From the NCBI GenBank assembly GCA_043228905.1, contig JBHGNT010000011.1, positions 8,184,001-8,248,000 of the forward strand: a stretch of DNA of 64,000 nt. Reading direction: 5' to 3'. The notes beneath the pieces are model-generated. The model saw only the letters and a program-made list of their open reading frames with translations, had not been told where the DNA came from and made no database searches. This document shows positions 38,001-51,551 of the stretch, in pieces; the first letter of the stretch is position 1; each line of letters starts with the position of its first letter. The DNA comes from Azolla caroliniana. Lineage: Eukaryota > Plantae > Polypodiophyta. A program made the translations under genes and the position numbers.

Positions 38001-40756
38001 TTGAAACCGATACCGGTTCCAAGAGCACACCTACCAAAGCTGATTGAGCTCTTAAAAGAAAAGGTGGATATGGGAATTTTGGAACCGTCGAATGCTCCCT
38101 ATTGTAATAGGTGGTTCACGGTGCCGAAGAAGAATGAATCATTGCGATTCATCCAAGATCTTGAACCTGTTAACAAGGTGACAATTCAGAATGCTGGAAT
38201 CGTTCCGAGTGGGGATGAATTTGCCAAAGTGTTTGCAGGTCGGTCTATCTACTCCATTGGCGATCTCTACTCTGCATACGATCAATTCTAGTTGGCAGTC
38301 GACAATCGTGATATTACAACTACGAAGACTCTGATCGGGCTTGTGCAGATGTGTACCTTTCCTCAAGGTGCAACGAACTTGGTGGATCATATAGTGAATG
38401 CCATGAACAAGGTCTTGAAGGATTGCATCCCGGGCATCACGATGCCATTCTTGGATGATATTCCGATAAAAGGGTGTTCGGATGAGGAGAAGGATGAATC
38501 TAAAGATAACGAAGGGCGTAGAAAGTTTGTTGTGGATCATATGAAAGATTGCGAAAAGGTGCTCCAAAGGCTCGAAGATGTGAATTGGACATTTTTGGGA
38601 GAAAAATCCGCATTCGGGCAACCAGAGATCTTGGTGGTAGGTCACTTATGTGGAGCATACGGCCGGAAGCCTTCACCTTCCAAGGTGAATATGATCCAAG
38701 ACATGGAAGAAGAATGCGTAAACCAAACGCAGGTTTGAAGATTCCTCGGAGCATGCACGTTTTATCATATCTGGATTCCGCACTACGCTCATGTCGACGA
38801 GCCATTCTATGCATTGCTAAAGAAAAGAATGAAGTTCGAATTGCGAGACGAGCATACAAACGTGATGCGGAGATTGAAGAAACTACTTCTTGAAGCCCCA
38901 ACACTAAGGAAGGCCGACTATACCGAAGGAAAGCTGATTTATGTGACTGTAGATACGAGCCCAACCGGAATTGGGTGGGTCATTAACCAAGAAGGAGAAG
39001 ATAATGTGCGGTATGCCATTCGGTCCGGAGCAAACTCTCTCAACGAAAACAACAAAGATACGCCCAAGTCAAGCGAGAACTTTGGGGTATTGTGTCTGTA
39101 GTGAAGATGGCCAAAGATAACCTGATCGGGTCGGAAGTGATAATTGAGACAGATTGTCTCGCAATTCTCGGGATGATCTCAGGATGTGCGACACCAGATC
39201 TAGCTATGCTAAGGTGGATCGCCTAGATTAAGTCTTTAAACCCAGAGATCTGCCACATTGCAGGGAAGAAGAACACCATGGCTGACATGTTGTCAAGGGC
39301 AAGATTTGAGAATGAAAGTGACATGGTTTCGGATGATGAAGACGTAACCCTCGACTTCTTCAAGATGCCCCGACTATCGGCGGAAGACAAGGACATGCTA
39401 ACCCTCCACTTCTTTAACGAGGACGAGTACGAAGGATAGTGGTTAGTGATCGGCATATTCTTAAGAACAATGTTAGCGGATGCTTCGTTGACGAAAGAGG
39501 AGGCTCTACGAATCCGGAAGAAAGCTTACCATACTTCCTGAAGGGAGGATTCCTCTGGCGACACCCAAAAAGAAGGAAAGAAATGCCACGTCGAGTGGTG
39601 GTGAAGAAAGAAGAGCAAGTGATGCTAATGACCAAATTCCACGAGAGTCCTTGGGTGGGTCATAGAGGAACATGGGCGACATTCGAAAAGTTGAAGGAAA
39701 AGTACTGGTGGCCAAGCATGTACAAAGATGTACTACATTTCGTGTCCACATGCGAAACTTGCCAAGTACATTCGAACATACGTCATCGTGATGAGTTACA
39801 ACCGACATACTTGCTCACCATACACTTCAAATGGATGGTGGATTTGGTCTCGATGCCAATGGGAGTGGGACAAATGAAGTACTTAGTATTGGCAAGAGAA
39901 GAGCTGACAAATCAAGTGGAAGGACGGGCCTTGGCAAATAAGACAATGTCACCTGTTTGCAAATTTCTACTCGAAGAGGTTGTCTGCCGATATAGATGTG
40001 TGGGAAAGATAGTGGCTGATCGAGGGGAGTTGGATGCACGTGAACCAATGGACCTCTTCGATCAACTAGGCGTGAAGCTCTCCCTCACGACTGCCTACAA
40101 TCCAGAAGCAAATGGGAAGATCGAGCGAGGGCATGCACCAATCGTCAAAGCCATCGTACGGGCATGCAATGGTCAAGTCGGGAACTGACCACAACTATTG
40201 CCCTATGCATTGTGGGCCGACAGAACTACACACAGTTCAGTGATAGGGTATATGCCAACAGAGCTTATGTATGGATAGAAACCGGTAATGCCCATCGAAA
40301 GGATGATCGCCTGAAGACTTATTAGCGGCACGGATAGGGCAACTTGAAAGAAGGCTTGAAGATTTAGAAAAAACGCGAAAGATGATGGAGGCAGGCTAAG
40401 TGAAGAACAAGATTCAGTTCGATAAGACACATCGACTGCATCCCAAGAAGATCGAAGAAGGAGAATGGGTATTTGTCTACGATAGCAGCCTGGACAATCA
40501 ACACAGAACAACAAGGAAGTTCGCAAGAAGATGGTTCGGACCGTATGTGGTGACAAGTGCCAACGACAATGCCACATACCATCTCGCAGAGCTAGACGGA
40601 TCAAGGATGGCCATACCCATTGCAGGAAAAAGAGTAAAGATTTTCAAGAAAAGACAAGACGAGGATCCTGCCCTCGATCACCTCGATGATGAAGATAGTA
40701 GGACTGAACCTATAGACTTGAGTTATGTGAACGAGGACATGGAGGAATCTGATTAA
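35079..40756 (+). pseudogene. Gypsy B gag-pol, many stops and frameshifts
   Basis: ORF fragments homologous to gypsy C: CVWCDSLDH zinc knuckle, MPFLDD, WFGPY. Confidence 0.9.
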
Positions 40757-40828
40757 TCCCCGTAGCTCAAATCTCACACTCTCTCTTCTTGGCACGTATC
40801 GGAGGACGTGCGGTTTGGTGGGGGTGGA

Positions 40829-41752
40829 TGTTGTGAAGATTTTCTGCAACGGTGTGAAAATTGCATGGAATGTCCAAATTCGAGTGTGGTTCTTCACACA
40901 CAATATGAAACAATAATAGTGAAGATACTATTTTATATTAGTTTAATATCTTGACCGAATGGATGACGACGGAACCAGAACTGGAACCGAAATCGAACGG
41001 ACGGCGACGGAACCGAAACCAGATTGGCGGATGGCATCGAACCGGAACCAGACAGGGACGGCAACCGAACTGGGACTGACACCGGCACCAGATAGACTGG
41101 ATCACCGGGTCAGATATGGTCTGGATGGACAAATCGATGATTTCAGTGTGAAACGAACAAAATCATCTAAAATAAAAAATCTAGTAAGAATTTGTATACA
41201 AAGGGATGAAAGTAAGGCTTGAACCTTGCACCTCCAAGTTAAGAGGGAGTAAACTTACCACTAAGCCAAGTCATTTCTCTAAAAGTAATTTTTCTCTCAT
41301 TATAGTTTTACATGTAAATTCTCATATTAGAGCTTGATTGAGTGACATGGTTATCATGCATCATATGTAATGCTTGAGCGCCAAATGGCAAACATGCATT
41401 CCATGCATTGTATGCATGTCTTGTACCCTCACATGCATCATATGCATGGGGGCATCTATAAAAGAATGGATGAAAAAGATCAAAGGGAGCTATGTATGAA
41501 TCAAGAATTTAATAAGAAGAAAAATCGTTATCCAATTGATGATATATATTGTTCTTCAAGTCTAAAGTGTAAAGTCAAGAGTTCAATCTTTCTCAATTTG
41601 TTTCAAAATTGGAATCTTAATCTCAATGTCTCTTTCTCAATCTATCTTACATCCTTTCTCGCTAAAGCTAGTGCAAACTTTGAATCCTTTAGGTCCAGAA
41701 CCCTGGCAGTTCTGCCTCACGATCCACACGTAGTGACGGATTTTTCACGACA
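40829..41752 (+). repeat. 3' LTR of gypsy B
   Basis: Direct repeat of 34086-35034. Confidence 0.9.
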
Positions 41753-44509
41753 ACGTTTATAGACTTGATCGTGTTTTCTATTTCATGCATTAGCACTTCT
41801 AGAATTTTACCAACCCAAAATTGGTGGCCATGTGAGTTCTCATCAGTCGGCGTTCCAATCAACATCCCCGCATCGAGCTCTTGCAAATTACCTTGCCATC
41901 TAGCTTCGACTGCTTTGGTCATCCTTGGTCCCACATAAATGTCTCTTTGTTGTGGATGGACCAAACTGTCATTAATTGCATTTGCTAGTTGCTCCGGAGT
42001 TTTATTTACACGATCATGTTGTAGCGACCATGTGAATGGCGTTTCCAAATTCCAATTATCACCAAATACACAATTGTCTATAATTCCTTTCTGATCACTA
42101 AAAAATACATCCCACCATGACGTGTTTGGTTGTGCGGCATATTTCTTTTCGGCCTCAATATGCTTTCTTTTTTCTTCTAAGGCTTGGAGCCATAATTGTT
42201 TTTGTTCCGATACCAAGTCACTATGCAATTGTCCTTTCTTCACAATTGGCATTTGTTTAGCTCCATGGACAATTGTACTCAGCATACAAAGTAATAATTG
42301 GCAACCACCTTCAGGTTCCCATGTTGTAGAAGATGAATATTGTTTAGCGTACAAAAGCATAGAACCACTTATTTCATTTTTCTTTGTCATAAAAATGTGA
42401 TTGAAGCTTATATTGTTTAACTAGGCAAGCACTTTAACATTCCCAACACCCCCATGTGATATATATCTCTTAAAGTCATATACCTCCTTCAAGTGTAACA
42501 CTTTTGGGCGTGGTGTATATGCATCACAAATGACATCAAATAGTTTTGGTAATGTGAAAGCATCATGCCAAAACAATTGCCTGGAGAGTGTGCTAAACAT
42601 CTGACCTATATGATCATGTGTGTGGCCAACCAAAAGAATATTGACTTTCACTTTTCTAAACAATCCTTGGTTGACCAACATACTTAGATAGCCAAACACT
42701 GTTGAATTTTTGTTCTGTATAGCAGTATTGTCCAATTGAATGTATAGAACAGAGGGGAACGGTTGGCCCCAAGACATCAAAACTTGGTGAATCACTTTAA
42801 CTATTAGGTTGTGGTCATTGTGAACATTGGGGTATGTAACGAAAACATGAGGTCCAACAGACCTATTATAAGCCAAGCATCCCAGCAAGTGCATTTGAAC
42901 AAGGCACTCATCATTGATGTCTTTGGGGAGCCTCAGCATATGCAGCAAGCACGTCTTCTTCTAGTTCATGCCATCTATCATTAAGCACCTGTATTGTTTC
43001 GGCCTCTTCAAACACTTCTCTCTATGATGCATCGCCTTCTTTCGTTCTAACGATTGTGCCTCACGATGCTCCTGTAGTAACTTCTTACTCATATCCTTTT
43101 CCATTGATGTCTTTGCACCTTTAGCCAAACTTTTAAGATTTGCACAAATGGAGCAATACCCCATGCGTACTTTACGTGGAATGGTAACATTTGAAAACCG
43201 AGCTCTCCATAATCTTGTGAATTGGCTATATGTGATAGATTTATTACGTGACCATATCTGATCGATAGACACCATAAACTTCCCGACATGTGTAATTATC
43301 AAAGAGGTGCATCTAACCTGTAGTGGGCATTACTTCACAATTTAACTGAAAATAACTTTTCATCCAACCAATAGCATGTCTTCCAATTGCACCTTTCATA
43401 CTTGGAACCTCTTTACAATTGAGCATCTGATCCCTGCTAAGTAGACGTTGTTGTACTCTATGTAGCCGCATGTTACTAACACATAACAAAATTTTGAATG
43501 CAACTCTACATACCTGTTGCACATGGAAGATATAATGCTCGAATGATACTTTGATCCCCGTACACTTGTCAAACACTAGTTGCATATGTGACCCGAGGTA
43601 AGTGTCTTGCTCATCACCAGTCATCGAAAAATAGTATCGCCTTAATTCTCACAACTTTGATTTTCCAATCATAGACATACAACCACGGGCACAACATATT
43701 TTGTTGACATCAAATTCAATCTGCGTATCTGATGTCACCAAGTTAAATATGGCCAGAGAAATTCTACGTGGGATTCTTCTAATATGCATAGGGCTTGCAG
43801 ATTTCTCTTCTTGCATAGAAGTTGGGGTAACCTTGTTACAATCCAATTCTTTGTTGTCACCATCGCCCATGATCTTCGATGTTTCATTGGCACTACCTTC
43901 ATTCTCCGTATGTTTATTAATATCATATTCTTCAATAGAAAACTCGTCACATGTGTCATTATTCACATGTGTTTTAGGTGAAGATGAGCTCAAACAATAC
44001 TCTTCGATAGAAATGGGTGAGTCTGTTGACAAACAATATTCTTTGATAGAAAATGGTGAGTCTGTCGACAGACAATACTTTTTAGTAGAAAACGAAGAGT
44101 CTGATGACAAACAAAATTCTTCAATCGAGAACGGTGAGTCTTCAGTCATGGCTTAAGGTCCACACAGAGCTCTTCAATTTATGTGCTTGGGCTAATATAA
44201 AAAACTGATAAACTCCTCTCTAAACAGAAGCTCCCTCAATATAATGTCTATATTATTTAATATTATATTAATAGAATAAATAAAGATATAATTTTTAATA
44301 TAATAATTTTATTCAACCTATTAATAATTACTTAAACTAGTCAGTATAAAGTTGAATCATTTATATTTTATACCTTATTAATCCTATAATATATAATTTA
44401 AATTAAATTTACTTTAGCCATCAAGTATAATATAATTACAATCATTACCAAGCCATATATATGTTGGTTTAAAGTTAAAATCATTGGTTAATTAATGGCA
44501 CCCATATTT

Positions 44510-47500
44510 TGTTGGGATTTCGGTCCCTCCGGATGGGATGTCCGGAGATGAATGACGGCAAGCCCGGTTGCGGTTACGGAGCCGGATGATGAAGACCCCG
44601 GCTACGGAGCCGGATGACGAATGTACCCGGAGAGAGATCCGGATGCGGGGACATATTTGTGAATATGTTTGCCAAGGGCCCTTGAGGCTATATTTGTAAA
44701 TAGCCCGAAAGTCATATGTGTATAAATATGACTTAGGGCAAACAGTTTTGTTGTTGTTGCTCATTTTTCTGTTTTCCACTTAGAGGGAGTGAAGAGAGCA
44801 GCCGAGAGAGAGAGAGAGAGAGAGACGAAGAGGTCGTTGCCTCTGTGTATTACCGCCGCCTGTGGCGAAGACAGTGAGCTCAAGGTTGTTGCCTTGTAGC
44901 TTCACCACTGTACATCTCTGTTTATAGTGATAGTTGGAGTCCGAGGACTCCCGTGGTTTTTCCCATTTAGGGTTTTCCACGTAAAACATCCTGTGTACTC
45001 TTTTCTCTATTGTCTTCGTGCATTTTGTATTTCCTGTTTTCTGTGAGTTGATCCTATTCCTCGGTTGTGGCCGAGCACTGTGTTTAACAAACTGGTATCA
45101 GAGCGACGGTAACACAGAAAATGGAAGGCGGCGGTAGTGGGCCTCCGGGCATGATGGTGTTGAACTCACAGAACTACGCCGACTGGAAGATAAAGATGGA
45201 AGACCTTCTCATCGTCCGAGACCTGTACGAACCGATCGACAATGCCGAGATACCCAAGGGGGTAATAGAGTCGGAGTGGAAGCTCCTGAACCGGAAAGCC
45301 GTAGCGACGATCCGGCAATATGTCGATGTAAGTGTTCTGCAACATGTGGCGAACGATACGAACGCCTATGAGATGTGGCAGAAGCTGTCCGGACTGTATG
45401 AGAGGAAGAATGCTCTGACCCGGACCTCCCTGATGAGGAAGATAGTGAATCTTAAGTACCGGGACGGCGAGAGCATGGTCGAACACGTCAGCACGTTCAT
45501 GGGATTCGTGAACCAGCTTGCGGCGATCAAGTTCCCGTTGGATGACGCAATGCAAGCCATCATGCTGATGTGTACCCTTCCGGAGAGCTGGGAGAACTTG
45601 GTAGTTACTCTCAGCACCTCCTATAAGGAAGAGAACTTGTCTTTACTAACGGTAAAGACAAGTATTCTAAATGAAGAAGCGCGTCGGAGAGATAAAGAAC
45701 CGGCCTCCGACTCGAAGGCGCTGCTTACCGAATCGGAACGGGGAAGACAACGGAACCGGAGTCCGCAAAGACGGGAGAAGTCGGGGACACGGTCGCAGTC
45801 GAGGGGAAGACCTGCATGCTTCTACTGTGGGAAGCCGGGGCACTTCCAGAAGAACTGTCGGCATTTCCGGAAAGACAACGGAACCGACGGTACCGATTCG
45901 AAGAAGTCACCGGAGCGAAACGGTGCATACCGGGGAGCCACGGACCGGAGAGGTCCGGATCGGCGAGGGCAGGACCGGAAAGGAACGACGGCACTCGCGG
46001 CAAGTGAAGAAGAGATAATGCTCATTACCGAAGAGAGGGAGCTGAACCTTGCCGGTGAAGAGATGACCTGGGTGGTCGATTCCGGAGCGTCGTTCCACCT
46101 GACCCCGGAGAAGAAATACTTCTCATCCTATACAGCCGGTGAGCACGGCTGTGTCCGGATGGGAAATGAAGGTACATGCCGGATTGCCGGCATAGGAGAC
46201 GTGTGGCTGATGACATCAACCGGATGCAAGATGCTGCTGAAGGATGTTCGACACGTTCCGGAGGTTCGATTGAACCTGATTTCGGCCGGGAGGCTAGACG
46301 ATGAAGGCTACACAGGTAGCATCCGGAACGACGTAATGAAGTTCAGCAAAGGGAGCCTGATAGTGGCTCGGGTCCGGAAGGTCAACACACTGTACCTGAT
46401 GAATTCCTCGGCTATGTCCGGAGGAGCTGAACGTGGCAGCTGACACTGCCGGTGAGCTGTGGCACAAGAGACTGTGCCACATGAGCGAGAAGGGGATGAA
46501 GAGGCTTGCCGAAGACAACCTGATACCGGTAAAGCATGTGCACCTGGAGAAGTGCACCGATTGCCTGGCCGGTAAGCAGAACCGAACCTCCTTCCGCTCA
46601 AGACCACCGACGAGACGTAGCGCACCATTGGAATTGGTGCACACTGATGTGTGTCAGGTAGAAACGAAGTCACATGGCGGAGCCCAGTACTTCGTAACAT
46701 TCATTGATGACCACAGCCGGAAGCTGTGGACGGCACCGTTGAAGACAAAGGACCAAGTGTTGTGCGTCTTCAAAGAACTCCACGCGAGAGTGGAAAGGGA
46801 ATCCGGCAAGAAGCTGAAAGCGATACGAGCGGATAACGGAGGGGAATACCGGGGGCAGTTCGAGGAGTACTGTCGCTCGAAGGGAATCCGGCTCGAGTTT
46901 CCTGTGCCGAAGACGCCGGAACTGAACGGGCTGGCCGAGAGGATGAACCGGACCATAATGGAGAGGGTCCGGAGTATGCTAGCACATGCGAAATTACCCA
47001 AGGGATTTTGGGCTGAGGCAATGTCGACGACGACATACTTGATAAATAGATCACCCTCAGTACCCCTGGATGGAGACACGCCACAGAGAGTGTGGACCGG
47101 TAAGGAAGTGTCCTACCGGCATCTGAAGGTGTTCGGTTGTCTCGCATACGTGCATGTGGCAAAGGACCGGAGAGGAAAGTTAGATCCAAAGACCCGGCCA
47201 TGCATATTCCTCGGTTACGGCGATGACGAGTTCGGCTACTGAGTATGGGACCCGGTCGACAAAAAGATATTCCGGAGTCGTGATATCATCTTCATGGAGG
47301 ACAAGACACTCGCCGACTGGGAATCGGAGAAGAAGATGAAGAGCTCCAAGTCGACCGGTGAGGATCAACTCTACGAGGAGCAGTCCCGACCGGCAAGGGA
47401 CCGGTTAGTACTCGAGGATCCGGCCGAAGACGGTGAAGAAACAGAACCGGCCGAGGAAGATGAAACTGATACCGAAACCGGCCCCGATCCCGAAATGGAT

Positions 47501-49785
47501 TCGGATGAAGAGGAAACGGAGGAGTCGGTCACCGAAGCTCCGGAACGGAGATATCCTCTAAGAGAGAGAAGGGCCCCCCGGAGATTTCCGGAACCAGAGC
47601 ACGTGCTGCTAACCGACGAGGGGGAGCCAGAGAGTTTTGAAGAAGCAAAGCTTGACACCCATAGCTGCAGGTGGTTAAGTGCCATGCAGGAGGAGATGGA
47701 TTCCCTGCATGAGAACCACACATATGAACTTGTGGAGTTGCCGAAAGGAAAGCGGGCACTTCGAAACAAGTGGGTGTTCAAGCTGAAACCGGGAGATGCC
47801 GGAAACCCCCCGAGATACAAAGCCAGGATCGTGGTGAAGGGGTTCCAGCAGAAGAAGGGCGTCGACTTCGACGAGATATTTGCCCCGGTAGTGAAGATGA
47901 CCTCCATCCGGACGGTGCTGAGCATAGCGGCAAGCATGGACCTCGAGGTAGAACAGATGGACGTGAAGACGGCATTCCTTCACGGTGACCTCGAAGAAGA
48001 GATCTACATGCAGCAACCGGAAGGATTCGAGAAGAAAGGGAAGGAGCACCTGGTATGCTGGTTGAAGAAGAGCCTTTACGGACTGAAGCAGGCTCCCCGG
48101 CAATGGTACTGGAAGTTTGACTCTTTCATGACCGACGAAGGGTACCACAAAACGCAGTCCGATCACTGTGTGTTTGTGAAGAAGTTCGAAGGAGGAGATT
48201 TTCTAATACTCCTCCTGTATGTGGACAACATGTTGATCGTTGGACGGGACCAGGTCAAGATACGGATGCTGAAGAAAGCGCTTCACCAAACTTTCTCAAT
48301 GAAGGACCTGGGTCCGGCGAGGCAAATACTAGGGATGCACATCATCCGGGACCGGAAGAAGAAGCAGTTGTGGCTGTCACAGGAGAAATACGTGACAAAG
48401 GTGCTTCACCGGTTCAACATGTCGGAAGCAAGACCGGTCGGGTCAACCCTCCCGGCAAACTGCAAGTTGTCCAGCAAGCAAAGCCCCAAGACAAAGGCTG
48501 AGAAGGAGGACATGATGAAAGTGCCATATGCCTCTGCCGTCGGAAGCTTGATGTACGCAATGGTGTGTACAAGACCGGACATAGGATATGCAGTCGGAGT
48601 GGTGAGCCGGTACATGAGCAATCCCGGCAAAGAACACTGGAACGCGGCCAAGTGGATACTCCGATACCTGAAGGGCACGACAAACGTGTGCCTCCGATTC
48701 GGCTCCGGTAAGCCCGAACTCGACGGCTTTACCGATTCGGATATGTCGGCTGATGCAGATACCAGCCGGTCCACATCAGGGTATGTGATGACGTATGCAG
48801 GGGGAGTTGTTTCGTGGCAGTCGAGGCTGCAGAAGACGGTTGCGTTGTCAACCACGGAGGCGGAGTACATGGCGGCTGTTGAAGCCGGCAAGGAAATAAT
48901 ATGGATGAAGGACTTCATTAGAGAGCTCGGTATCCGGCAGGAGGAGTACCGACTCTACTGCGACAGTCAGAGTGCCATCCACCTTGCGAAGAACGTGGCC
49001 TATCACTCCCGGACGAAGCACATCCAGCGAAGATATCACTGGATCCGGGAAAGGATAGAAGACAAGGAGTTCGTGCTGACGAAGATCCACACGGACGAGA
49101 ACGGGTCGGATATGCTGACCAAGGTGCTCACACCCGACAAGCTGGAAGCATGCCGGAAGAGGATCGGATTGGAGAGACATCCCATGCCGAAGTGAAGGGG
49201 GAGTTTGTTGGGATTTCGGTCCCTCCGGATGGGATGTCCGGAGATGAATGACGGCAAGCCCGGTTGCGGTTACGGAGCCGGATGATGAAGACCCCGGCTA
49301 CGGAGCCGGATGACGAATGTACCCGGAGAGAGATCCGGATGCGGGGACATATTTGTGAATATGTTTGCCAAGGGCCCTTGAGGCTATATTTGTAAATAGC
49401 CCGAAAGTCATATGTGTATAAATATGACTTAGGGCAAACAGTTTTGTTGTTGTTGCTCATTTTTCTGTTTTCCACTTAGAGGGAGTGAAGAGAGCAGCCG
49501 AGAGAGAGAGAGAGAGAGAGACGAAGAGGTCGTTGCCTCTGTGTATTACCGCCGCCTGTGGCGAAGACAGTGAGCTCAAGGTTGTTGCCTTGTAGCTTCA
49601 CCACTGTACATCTCTGTTTATAGTGATAGTTGGAGTCCGAGGACTCCCGTGGTTTTTCCCATTTAGGGTTTTCCACGTAAAACATCCTGTGTACTCTTTT
49701 CTCTATTGTCTTCGTGCATTTTGTATTTCCTGTTTTCTGTGAGTTGATCCTATTCCTCGGTTGTGGCCGAGCACTGTGTTTAACA
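44510..49785 (+). mobile_element. Ty1/copia (Tnt1/Tork-like) full-length element, very young
   Basis: LTRs 44510-45089 and 49206-49785 (580 bp each, no difference seen by eye), TSD TATTT, Met PBS at 45093-45104, PPT GAAGGGGGAG before 49206. Confidence 0.96.
45121..49195 (+). pseudogene. Copia gag-pol polyprotein with one frameshift, one stop and a YVDN active site
   Basis: ORFs 45121-46443 (CFYCGKPGHFQKNC, WVVDSGAS), 46433-47242 (integrase) and 47294-49195 (RT/RNase H). Confidence 0.92.
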
Positions 49786-50249
49786 TATTTAATATAGAAC
49801 TTCTCAATCATTGGTTCATCCATGCCCACCATTTTAAATATAAGCCTTTTCAATCATTTGTTCATTCATGGCCACATCTTTAATACAAAACATTAGAGAG
49901 TCATAAAAATGTTGCTTTGAGTATTCAATCATTGGTTCATTCATGAACCTCTATCATTGTTTTCTTTATGACCTTCAAAGGCATTGTATGTTAGTTTGAG
50001 TATAAAATAATCATTAATATGTTAGTTTGAGTATTTAATCATTGATTCATTCATAAGCATCATTTAATTCAAATCCATTAGAGAGTCATTCGTACATTCA
50101 AGACTCTGTACTAAATAAAGTGTACTAAGGTCTAAGAAAAAAGTGTCCTAAGGTCAAAGAAACTCTTTCTTAGGTTTAACTAACTAACCTTAAGCTTACC
50201 AACCCTAGTTAAAGTAATTGTGGTTACTTTAACCACAGTGGTCAATCCC

Positions 50250-50257
50250 TATAAATA
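50250..50257 (+). promoter_or_regulatory. TATA box of the ParB-like/MTase gene
   Basis: CCTATAAATAGG about 95 bp upstream of the inferred ATG at 50345. Confidence 0.5.
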
Positions 50258-50457
50258 GGAAGACCTCCTCATTTCGCAATCACTCACACGCAGAATAGAG
50301 CACATAGAGCACAAATAGCCCATAACACGAGGCACCAAATCATCATGTCCCCGTAAACATCGACAATGCGAATCATGTCTTCGAAGAAAATGGAGTGCCA
50401 ATAATCTAGGTAAGCGCTTGGCAATATGGACATTTTAGTAAATATGTTTTAGCACTC

Positions 50458-50667
50458 AAGAACTCGATACAGCTTATCGAGTTCTTGTTTAAAGTTTGTG
50501 TTTTATATAGGAACTCGATACGGCATATCGAGTTCCTGTTTAAAGTTTGTGTTTTATATAAGAACTCGATACGCCGTATCAAATTCCTGTTTAAAGTTTG
50601 TGTTTTATACATGAACTCGATACGTCGTATCGAGTTATTGTATAAAACACAAATTTTAAACAGGAAT
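50458..50667. repeat. 51-bp tandem array of palindromes with a terminal inversion
   Basis: Units at 50458, 50509, 50560 and 50611, each with GAACTCGATA-N5-TATCGAGTT. 50583-50610 is inverted at 50640-50667. Confidence 0.9.
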
Positions 50668-51551
50668 ATTGTGTCTTTGGGGGAACAATTTGGTATATGT
50701 GTGAAAAGATACCAATTTTATGTCCAATTCAGACTTTTTAAGTGACATTTGCTACATTTTGTAACATCTAGTGGCATTACTTAAAAAGGTTTTATGACCT
50801 ATAATAGCTTAAAATAATAGAAAATAACCCACGAATTACCTTTATGATACCAAATTCAAGTCTATCGTATTAAAATTATCAACAATATGCGATATGGAAT
50901 CAATATAAGCCATACCTACCCTCCAATATGATATATATCCTTGTATAATTATTAAGATATATAATATTCGAAGTTGAATAGCCCTTACTAGATTTAAATT
51001 CACAATAAAGGTTTGTCATGTTCACAGAAAGTATGATTGATATCTAGAGTTTTTGTCTTGGTCTACTTATGTATATTTTAATATGCAACCTTAATCTAGG
51101 CAACCACCTAACTTATATTTTCGCACGTCGTTTCTTAAATAGGTCGTTTGAGAACTTGTCGGACCGACCTATGAAGAAAATAAAGCTCCAGATTTAGGGC
51201 TCTCCAATTGAGACCTAGAAACAAATAGTTCCTCAAAACATGAAGAGAGTAAAAAAGCTTCTCTTCAACGATCAGACAAAATCTCAACCATCCGATGATG
51301 TTAGCTAAAACAAAATGTTAGCTGCTACTAGTGGTGAGGACCTTCCTGACCGTGATCCAACGGACAAGGAATGGTGTATGCAGTACATCGACTCCAAGAA
51401 AAAAGTCATGTTGTATACAACAAAGAAGAAGGGCGACGATCAGCTTGAAAATGACACTGCATTTATGTATGGGCGTATTCTACGATTTTACTACGAAGAT
51501 TTAGATTCATCCAACATTCTTGTAATGATAGAGTGCTTGGAGGGGGTACGT

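Larger units (their letters stand above)
34086..41752 (+). mobile_element. Ty3/gypsy element B (tRNA-Trp primed), full length, decayed
   Basis: LTRs 34086-35034 and 40829-41752, PBS TGGTGAACCTGACGTGAA at 35043-35060, PPT before 40829, TSD ACAT/ACGT; gag, PR, RT, RH and INT fragments. Confidence 0.93.
33697..44149 (-). pseudogene. Sola-like DDD transposase (DUF7869-like), split by gypsy B
   Basis: Segments 41753-44149 and 33697-34085. Motifs CCARGC, VCRVAF..LLCVS..RL, YCSIC, LMIDGM, LYIQLDNTAIQNKN, LLVGHTHDHIGQMFS, FWVGKILEV and C-terminal IIVYKFTLTKAGRL. Multiple stops. Confidence 0.8.

Noticed and set aside
50458-50667. CRISPR-like palindromic repeats
   Set aside because: The sequences between the palindromes are identical rather than unique; only a 5-nt centre varies.
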